DNA from: an uncultured Clostridia bacterium
GTDB taxonomy: Bacteria > Bacillota > Clostridia > Christensenellales > Aristaeellaceae
NCBI GenBank assembly: GCA_937886445.1
Contig: CALGBY010000102.1
Span: forward strand, 1 to 23,717
Reading direction: 5' to 3'
Length of the DNA: 23,717 bases
The notes under the pieces: generated by a model
Told to the model about the DNA's origin: nothing
The model's database searches: none
The model's input: the letters and a program-made list of their open reading frames with translations, nothing else
Shown here: positions 6,547 through 13,530 of the stretch, piece by piece
How positions within the stretch are numbered: the stretch's first letter is position 1
How the letters are laid out: each line of letters begins with the position of its first letter
Translations under genes and position numbers: made by a program

Positions 6547-9531
6547 ATGATAAGACGGATGAGTGTCCTGCTCGCTGTTGTGATCCTTCTGACATCGGCG
6601 TCCGCGCTGGCTGTCACGGACAAGTCCATCGGGCAGTACGAGGATCTGGTGAGCACCTATTCCATCGATGCGTCGATTCCCTCCTATGACGAATACCTGA
6701 GCGCCCGCGGTGAAAACCGCCCGGAAAAGGTCATCGTGCTCGAGGGCGCGTCCTGCGCACGCTATGAGGAAGAGGGCGTGACCTCGCCCGTTATCCTGAG
6801 TAATTACGAGGGCATGGCGGGAGACGCGCTCCTCACCGGCGAGGAAGCGCTGGCGGAGTGGGAGTTCACCGTGGAGGAAGCGGGCTTATACGGCATTTCG
6901 CTTCTGTACTATCCCTACGAAGGCAAGAACTCGGAGATCCAGCGCGCCTTCTTTATCGACGGATGTCTTCCTTACGACGAGCTTTCCGTGGTGTCGTTTA
7001 CCCGTGTGTGGAGAAACGACCTCGCGAAGGGACTGTCCCGCGTGACGGATGAAAACGGCGTGGAGACCGTTCTGTGGCGCAGGGACAATCAGGGCAATGA
7101 CCTCAAGCCCTCGCCCGCCGAAGCACCCGAATGGGTAGAGGTACCGCTTTATGACAGCAACGGCTATGTCACGGACGAGCTGGGGGTCTATCTTGAGGAG
7201 GGTACCCATACCCTTACGATGCTCTCCCTGCGCGAACCCATGCTGGTGCGCTCCATCACCCTCAAAAATACGGACAGGCCCCTGCCTTACGCGCAGGTGA
7301 AACCGGAGAACACTTCCTCCGCGAAGGGCATCTGCGTGCGCATTGAGGCCGAAGCCGCGCAGAAGACCTCCTCCCAGATGCTCTATCCCGTGCAGGAGCA
7401 GGGCTCGGCGCGGGTGTATCCCTCGTCCGCGCGGTACCTGCTCAACAACACCATCGGCGGAAACGCGTGGAAAAACGCGGGTCAGTGGATCGAGTGGGAG
7501 TTTTCCGTGCCCGAGGAGGGCGACTACTGCCTGAGCTTCTACGACAAGCAGAATTTCGTGCGCGGCATCGACGTGTACCGCAAGATCTATGTGGACGGAA
7601 AGGTACCCTTTACCGAGTATAGCGCCCTGCCCTTCGGCTACGGCGCCAGCTGGCGCATGGAGACCGCCGCGGACGAAAACGGCGAGCCCTACCGCGTACA
7701 CCTTGCCTCAGGGGAGCACACCCTGCGCATGGAGGTCGTGCTGGGCGACATGGCGGACATCATCAGCCGCGTGCAGCAGTGCGTGCTGCAATTAAACGCC
7801 ATCTACCGTCAGGTGCTCTACATCACCGGCGTGTCCCCGGACGAAAACCGCGACTATCAGATCGAGCGCTACCTGCCGGCACTGGAGCAGGAGCTCATCG
7901 ATGTGCAGAACGACCTGCGCGCCGCCATCGCCATACTGGAGAAAACGGCGGGTCACAAGAGCGACAAGCTCACCGTCCTCAAGACCATGGACGACCAGCT
8001 GAGCGAGCTCATCGAGGACCGCGAGCGCTTTACCGAGGTGCTTTCTTCCTATAAAACAAATGTGCGCGCCTGCGGCAACTGGATCACGCAGGTGCTGCCC
8101 CAGCCCCTGCAGATTGACCGCATCTATGTGCACACGCCCGATGTGAAGCCGGAAAAGGACGGCTCCTTCGGAAGCGGTCTTCTGCACGAGGCGGAGCGCT
8201 TGTATAACTCCTTTGTCATCGATTACAACCGTGTCGGCAACATCGCCGAGACGGACGGGGACGGTACGGTCATCACCCTGTGGATCGGCACCGGCCGCGA
8301 TCAGGCAAATGTGATCAAGTCCCTGATCGATGAGCACTTTACGCCCGAAACCGGCATCAATGTGAATGTGCAGCTGGTGGACATGAGCACGCTTCTGCGC
8401 GCCACCCTGTCCGGAGAAGGCCCCGATGTGGCCATTCAGGTATCCGCCACCGGCGGCATCGCGGGCTCGGTCATGAACACCGGCAACGATACGCCCGTCA
8501 ACTACGGCCTGCGCCACGCGGTCATGGATCTCACCGTCTTCCCGGATTTTGACGAGGTCGCCGCGCGTTTTGCGCCCAGCGCTCTCGTGCCCTTCTCCTT
8601 TAACGGCGCCTCCTACGCGCTGCCCGACACACAGACCTTCCCGATGATGTTCTACCGGAAGGACATCCTCGCGGAAATCGGTCTTGCCGTGCCCGAAACC
8701 TGGGACGATGTGAAGGTCGCCATGAGCGTGCTCAACAAAAATCAAATGGAGTTCGGCATGCTCCCGGGCGAGCAGACCTTCGCGATGCTGCTGTTCCAGG
8801 CGGGTGGCGCGTATTACAGCGAAAACGGAGACCGCTCGGCACTGGATTCCGACATCGCGGTCAATGTGTTCTGCCGCTACTGCGAATTCTATACCGATTA
8901 CAAACTGGACGCGGCTACCTCCGTGGAGGAGCGCTTCCGCACGGGCGAGTGCCCGCTCATCATCGCGGACTACACCACCTACAATAACCTGCAGGTATCT
9001 GCCCCCGATATCAAGGGTCTGTGGGACTTCACCCATGTGCCCGGCACCGTGCGCGAGGACGGCAGCGTGAATACCGCCACCGGCTGCTCGGGCCTTGCCG
9101 ACATCATCATGAGCGCCACGGAGGAACCGGAGGCCTGCTGGGAATTCCTCAAATGGTGGACGGATGCAGAGACTCAGACGCTCTACGGTCGCGAGATGGA
9201 ATCCCTGATGGGCTCCTCCGCCCGCGTCGCCACCGCCAACATGGAAGCGCTTTCCAAGCTGTCCTGGCCTATCAAGGACTATAAGGAACTGTCCGCCCGC
9301 TTCGACAGCATCGTGGGCATCCCTCAGGTGCCCGGCGGCTACTACAGCTGGCGCAACGTGAACAACGCGTTCTACGCCGTCACCACGGACAACTCCAGCA
9401 AGGTAAGAAGTGAATCTGGCAACACGCCCCGCGAGGAGCTGATGGACAAGATCTATTACATCAACGCCGAAATCGACTACAAGCGCGCCGAATTCGGCCT
9501 GCTGCTCTACTCGGAAGGAGAGGAGGAATAA
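6547..9531 (+). CDS. Giant extracellular solute-binding protein: two CBM6/35-like modules, a helical segment and a family-1 SBP domain
   Basis: In frame with ORF 6427..9531. The start is set at ATG 6547 after AAGGAG, giving the signal peptide MIRRMSVLLAVVILLTSASALA. Module 1 spans nt ~6727-7264 (LEEGTHTLTM). Module 2 spans nt ~7327-7750 (RIEAEAA and LASGEHTLRM). The predicted helical region spans nt ~7750-8107. The SBP-like region spans nt ~8260-9531 (VITLWIGTGRDQ, FNGASYALPDTQTFPMMFYRKDIL, PETWDDV). Two permease genes follow immediately. Confidence 0.8.
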   Translation: MIRRMSVLLAVVILLTSASALAVTDKSIGQYEDLVSTYSIDASIPSYDEYLSARGENRPEKVIVLEGASCARYEEEGVTSPVILSNYEGMAGDALLTGEEALAEWEFTVEEAGLYGISLLYYPYEGKNSEIQRAFFIDGCLPYDELSVVSFTRVWRNDLAKGLSRVTDENGVETVLWRRDNQGNDLKPSPAEAPEWVEVPLYDSNGYVTDELGVYLEEGTHTLTMLSLREPMLVRSITLKNTDRPLPYAQVKPENTSSAKGICVRIEAEAAQKTSSQMLYPVQEQGSARVYPSSARYLLNNTIGGNAWKNAGQWIEWEFSVPEEGDYCLSFYDKQNFVRGIDVYRKIYVDGKVPFTEYSALPFGYGASWRMETAADENGEPYRVHLASGEHTLRMEVVLGDMADIISRVQQCVLQLNAIYRQVLYITGVSPDENRDYQIERYLPALEQELIDVQNDLRAAIAILEKTAGHKSDKLTVLKTMDDQLSELIEDRERFTEVLSSYKTNVRACGNWITQVLPQPLQIDRIYVHTPDVKPEKDGSFGSGLLHEAERLYNSFVIDYNRVGNIAETDGDGTVITLWIGTGRDQANVIKSLIDEHFTPETGINVNVQLVDMSTLLRATLSGEGPDVAIQVSATGGIAGSVMNTGNDTPVNYGLRHAVMDLTVFPDFDEVAARFAPSALVPFSFNGASYALPDTQTFPMMFYRKDILAEIGLAVPETWDDVKVAMSVLNKNQMEFGMLPGEQTFAMLLFQAGGAYYSENGDRSALDSDIAVNVFCRYCEFYTDYKLDAATSVEERFRTGECPLIIADYTTYNNLQVSAPDIKGLWDFTHVPGTVREDGSVNTATGCSGLADIIMSATEEPEACWEFLKWWTDAETQTLYGREMESLMGSSARVATANMEALSKLSWPIKDYKELSARFDSIVGIPQVPGGYYSWRNVNNAFYAVTTDNSSKVRSESGNTPREELMDKIYYINAEIDYKRAEFGLLLYSEGEEE

Positions 9532-9532
9532 G

Positions 9533-10465
9533 ATGAACCGGACGGAAGCATGCCGCGCGCCCAAGCCACGCGAACTGACCCTGCGGCACGTCATCTGGAA
9601 AAACAGGGCGTCCTATCTGCTGATGGCTCCCTACTTCATTCTGTTTTTCCTGTTTACGGTCGTGCCGGTCATCATGTCCGTATACCTGTCCTTCACCTAT
9701 TTCAACATGCTGGAGCCGCCCTCCTTCGTGGGGTGGAGCAACTACATCAAGCTCCTTCTGGAGGACGATATCTTCATCATTTCACTACGCAACACGCTGA
9801 TCTTTGCCGTTGTGACGGGTCCGATCAGCTATCTGTTGTGCTTGCTGTTTGCGTGGATCATCAATGAGTTCAAGCCCCGCCTGCGCGCCGTGCTGACGCT
9901 GATCTTCTATGCGCCCTCCATCTGCGGCAACGCCTACATGATCTGGAACCTCATCCTGACCGGCGACCGCTACGGCTTTTTGAACGGCCTATTGCTGAAG
10001 CTGGACTTCATCAACGAGCCCATCCTCTGGATGCAGACGGAAAAATATGTGCTGCCCGTGCTGATCGTGGTGCAGCTGTGGCTGTCCCTCGGCACCGGCT
10101 TCCTCTCCTTTATCGCGGGTCTTCAGACCGTGGACAAGGGCATGTATGAAGCGGCGGCCATCGACGGCGTCAAAAACCGCTGGCAGGAGCTGTGGTATGT
10201 GACCCTGCCCGCCATGAAGCCGCAGCTGCTCTTCGGCGCGGTCATGCAGATCACGCAGTCCTTTGCCGTTGCCGATATCTCCATCAACCTCGCCGGAAAC
10301 CCCTCGGTCAACTACGCTGGCGCGACCATCGTGACGCACCTGTTGGACTACGGCTCCACACGCCTCGACCTCGGCTACGCGTCGGCCATCGCCACCATCC
10401 TGTTCCTGCTGATGGTCGGCACCAACAAGCTTGTTCAGAAGCTGCTGGGAAGGGTGGGTGAATAG
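9533..10465 (+). CDS. CUT1 ABC sugar permease, MalF/UgpA type (pair 1)
   Basis: The ATG lies 1 nt after the upstream stop, with RBS GGAGGAGGAA. Six TM segments are visible, plus the EAA loop MYEAAAIDGVKNRWQELWYVTLPAMKP. Confidence 0.9.
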   Translation: MNRTEACRAPKPRELTLRHVIWKNRASYLLMAPYFILFFLFTVVPVIMSVYLSFTYFNMLEPPSFVGWSNYIKLLLEDDIFIISLRNTLIFAVVTGPISYLLCLLFAWIINEFKPRLRAVLTLIFYAPSICGNAYMIWNLILTGDRYGFLNGLLLKLDFINEPILWMQTEKYVLPVLIVVQLWLSLGTGFLSFIAGLQTVDKGMYEAAAIDGVKNRWQELWYVTLPAMKPQLLFGAVMQITQSFAVADISINLAGNPSVNYAGATIVTHLLDYGSTRLDLGYASAIATILFLLMVGTNKLVQKLLGRVGE

Positions 10466-10466
10466 T

Positions 10467-11396
10467 ATGAATACCACCGTAAAAAACAAGCCGGTCGACA
10501 ACCGTCCCGCAAAAATCATCAAACTTGAAAAGAAACTGAAGCATAAGGAAGGCGGCAAAAAGCTGAACCGCTCCGTCGCCGGAAACACCCTGCTGTTCGT
10601 CCTCATGGGCATCTGCGGCGTGTTCATGGTGCTGCCTCTGGTGATGATCGTCAATAACGCATTGAAGCCCCTTGACGAAATCTACCAGTTCCCGCCCCGC
10701 ATCTTCGTGCGCAACCCCACGCTTTCAAACTTCACCGACCTCTTCGTGCTGCTCAACGAAAGCTGGGTGCCTTTCTCCCGCTACATCTTCAACACCATCA
10801 TCATCACCGTGGGCGGCATGGTGGGTCATGTGGTCGTGGCGTCCATGGCGGCTTACCCCCTTGCCAAGCACAAGTTCCCCGGCAAGGCGCTGCTGTTCTC
10901 CATGGTGGTGCTGTCCATGATGTTCTCCTGGACGGTCACGCAGATCCCCCAGTATCTCATCATTTCGTGGCTGGGCATCAACAATACCTACGCCGCCCTC
11001 ATCCTGCCCGCATGGGCGTCCGGAATGGGTCTGTACCTCATGAAGCAGTTCATGGAGCAGCTGCCCGACTCCCTCATGGAGAGCGCGCGCCTGCAGGGCG
11101 CGAACGAGTGGCAGATCTTCTGGCAGATCGTGATGCCCAATGTGCGTCCCGCGTGGCTCACGCTGGCCATCTTCCAGTTCCAGTCCATGTGGGGCAACAC
11201 CGGCGGCATGTTCCTGCGCAATGAGGAACTCAAGCCCCTGCAGTACGCCCTGTACCAGATCACCTCGGGCGGCGTTGCCCGCGCGGGCGCGGGCGCGGCG
11301 GTCAGCTTCATCATCGCCGCCATCCCGATTACATTCTTCCTCATCTGCCAGAGCTCCATTCTGGAAACCATGACCACCTCGGGCATGAAGGATTAA
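10467..11396 (+). CDS. CUT1 ABC sugar permease, MalG/UgpE type (pair 1)
   Basis: In frame with ORF 10431..11396. The start is set at ATG 10467, 1 nt after the upstream stop. EAA loop: LMESARLQGANEWQIFWQIVMPNVRP. Confidence 0.9.
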   Translation: MNTTVKNKPVDNRPAKIIKLEKKLKHKEGGKKLNRSVAGNTLLFVLMGICGVFMVLPLVMIVNNALKPLDEIYQFPPRIFVRNPTLSNFTDLFVLLNESWVPFSRYIFNTIIITVGGMVGHVVVASMAAYPLAKHKFPGKALLFSMVVLSMMFSWTVTQIPQYLIISWLGINNTYAALILPAWASGMGLYLMKQFMEQLPDSLMESARLQGANEWQIFWQIVMPNVRPAWLTLAIFQFQSMWGNTGGMFLRNEELKPLQYALYQITSGGVARAGAGAAVSFIIAAIPITFFLICQSSILETMTTSGMKD

Positions 11397-11408
11397 GGGG
11401 GGAAGCGT

Positions 11409-12887
11409 ATGAAGTGTAAGAAACTGCTCTGCCTGCTGCTCCTTGTGTGCCTGCTGCCTTCCTGCGCGCTGGCAAACGACACGCTGCCCTACGACTGCTA
11501 TAACTACGATTACTGGAACAATATCCTCTATACTCCGGCTCCCTATGTGCCGGACGGCAGCATTTCCGGCGATACACTCCTGTGGAACGAAAGTCCTTTG
11601 GGCGCGTTCCGCTCCCCGCAGGATCTGTGCGTATCCCCGGATGGGTCGGTCTACATCGCCGATACGGGCAACAACCGCGTGGTCGTCGTGGACAGCGACC
11701 TCAAAACCGTGCTGCGCGTCATCGACGGCTTTATGGCGGACGGCAATCGGGAGACCTTCTCCTCGCCCACGGGCGTGGCGGTCTCCCGCAAAGGTCAGCT
11801 GTATGTGGCCGACACCCAGAACCACCGCATCGTGGTGCTGGAACAAGACGGCTCCTTCGTGAAATATGTGGATAACCCCGTGAGCGAGGTGCTGGAGGAG
11901 GGCTATGTGTTCACGCCCCTCAAGGTGTCTGTCGACTACGCGGACCGCGTCTACTGCATCGCCCGCAACATGTTTCAGGGCATCATGGTGTTCACCGCGG
12001 AGGGCGACTTCACGGGCTTTTTCGGAACCATCGAGGTAAAGATCACCCTGTGGGAAAAGTTCTGGCGGAAAATATCCACCAAGAAGGAACGCTCCAAGCA
12101 GCTGCTGTTCATTCCCACCGAGTTTACCGGCATCGATGTGGACGAGGAGGGCTTCGTCTACGCATCCAACAAGGACACCGAGGGCGTGCAGGCCGTGCGC
12201 CGCCTGAACCCCAAGGGACAGGATGTCATCCGCAAGGGCATCAAGGAAAATCTTGGCGGAGACCTCGTATTCGGTACGCTGGGCACCTACGCGGGTCCCA
12301 GTCAGATCGTGGACGTGGTGTACCGCGACCACGGCATCTATTCGCTGCTGGACGCGCGCCGCGGCAGGATATTCACCTACGACCACGAGGGGAATTTTTT
12401 GTATATCTTCGGCGGCATCGGAACCCAGGAAGGCACCTTCCACACGCCCGCCGCCATCGAGCAACTGGGAAACCGTCTGCTGGTGCTGGATTCCCGTCAG
12501 GCGAACATCAGCATTTTCACAGAGACGGAGTACGGTTCCCTCATCAACCGCGCCGTGGCTCTGCGACACAGCGGCGATGAGACGCTGGCTGTGCCGCTGT
12601 GGAACGAGGTGCTCCGGCTGGATGAAAACAACGAGTTGGCCAACTCCGGCATCGGCAAAGCGTATCTTTCCGCGGGCGATAACGAAAAGGCCATGACTTA
12701 CCTGCGCCGCGGCATGAACCGTGCCTACTATTCAGTGGCGTTCAAGAGATGGCGCAATGAGGCGCTGCGCGACAACATCAGCTGGGTGCTGACCGGGCTC
12801 ATTGTCGTCATTGCGGTAGTCATCATAGTGAAAAAGATCGTTTTGCCCAAAATCGGAAAAAAGAGAAAAAGGGGGGAAGAGTCGTGA
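11409..12887 (+). CDS. Membrane-tethered NHL-repeat beta-propeller protein with a TPR-like segment and C-terminal TM anchor
   Basis: The signal peptide is MKCKKLLCLLLLVCLLPSCALA, with a possible LPSC lipobox. Six NHL-like units are visible, for example SPQDLCVSPDGSVYIADTGNNRVVVVD and SPTGVAVSRKGQLYVADTQNHRIVVLE. A helical TPR-like stretch (NSGIGKAYLSAGDNEKAMTYLRRG) follows. The C-terminal TM helix is VLTGLIVVIAVVIIV, followed by a KKRKRG-rich tail. Confidence 0.8.
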   Translation: MKCKKLLCLLLLVCLLPSCALANDTLPYDCYNYDYWNNILYTPAPYVPDGSISGDTLLWNESPLGAFRSPQDLCVSPDGSVYIADTGNNRVVVVDSDLKTVLRVIDGFMADGNRETFSSPTGVAVSRKGQLYVADTQNHRIVVLEQDGSFVKYVDNPVSEVLEEGYVFTPLKVSVDYADRVYCIARNMFQGIMVFTAEGDFTGFFGTIEVKITLWEKFWRKISTKKERSKQLLFIPTEFTGIDVDEEGFVYASNKDTEGVQAVRRLNPKGQDVIRKGIKENLGGDLVFGTLGTYAGPSQIVDVVYRDHGIYSLLDARRGRIFTYDHEGNFLYIFGGIGTQEGTFHTPAAIEQLGNRLLVLDSRQANISIFTETEYGSLINRAVALRHSGDETLAVPLWNEVLRLDENNELANSGIGKAYLSAGDNEKAMTYLRRGMNRAYYSVAFKRWRNEALRDNISWVLTGLIVVIAVVIIVKKIVLPKIGKKRKRGEES

Positions 12888-13516
12888 GCAAGGCATTCAG
12901 CAAGGAAAAATGGAAGTACCTGCTTTATACGGCAGGGCACCCCAATGACGGCTTTTACTGGATCCGTCATCAGGATCGAGGCAGCGTGCCCATCGCCGTG
13001 CTGCTGGTGATCCTCTACTCCGTGTGCTTCTCCATGAACCGCATTTACGCGGGCTTCGTGGTAAACGACATCAATCCCCGCTCGGTCAACTCCATCGCAG
13101 AGTTGGGAGGCGTGGCGATTTTGTTCATGGTGCTATGCGCCGGCAACTGGTCGGTCACCTGCCTCATGGAAGGCGAGGGACGCTTCAAGGATATCGTCAT
13201 CGCCATCGGTTATTCTCTTCTGCCAATGATCATCGGCACGGTGTTGGCAACCTTCATTTCGCAGCTCGTTGCCGAAAACGAGGAAGCATTTTACTCCATC
13301 GTCATGGGCATCGGCACGGCGTATACGGTCATCATGATGCTCACAGGAATCATGCAGATACACAATTATACTCTGGGAAAGACGCTTGTAACGCTCCTGC
13401 TCACGGTGATCGCCGTGTTCATTATCATATTCCTTGCGCTGCTCATCGTGAACTTTTTGACTCAGGTCTACAGCTTCCTGAGAAACATCTACATCGAGCT
13501 TGTATTCCGCTTTTAA
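12884..13516 (+). CDS. Yip1-domain-like integral membrane protein (5 TM)
   Basis: The GTG start overlaps the upstream stop (GTGA, 12884-12887). It is 210 aa, with a short cytoplasmic N-terminus followed by five hydrophobic helices. This topology and size are typical of bacterial YIP1-family proteins. The assignment rests on topology and recollection, not on an HMM. Confidence 0.65.
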   Translation: MSKAFSKEKWKYLLYTAGHPNDGFYWIRHQDRGSVPIAVLLVILYSVCFSMNRIYAGFVVNDINPRSVNSIAELGGVAILFMVLCAGNWSVTCLMEGEGRFKDIVIAIGYSLLPMIIGTVLATFISQLVAENEEAFYSIVMGIGTAYTVIMMLTGIMQIHNYTLGKTLVTLLLTVIAVFIIIFLALLIVNFLTQVYSFLRNIYIELVFRF

Positions 13517-13530
13517 GGAGGGACGGAAAT

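Noticed and set aside
10725-12569. 614-aa minus-strand ORF, together with similar long minus-strand ORFs at 7792-9594, 3868-5064, 4979-6016, 17960-19069, 19866-21122, 21386-22552, 2859-3758 and 2038-2868.
   Set aside because: All lie antisense to plus-strand ORFs that have clear family motifs, RBSs and tight operon spacing. Their translations are low-complexity and rich in G, A, R, V, H and D. That composition is typical of stop-free antisense frames in GC3-biased genes. None has an RBS or a recognisable domain.
13024-13530. An N-terminal extension of the 1034-aa ORF, which would make a much longer protein.
   Set aside because: This part overlaps the Yip1-like gene in another frame and translates to an H/R/G-rich sequence. 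A proper RBS (AAGGAGGGA) and ATG at 13531 give a classic N-terminal TM anchor.
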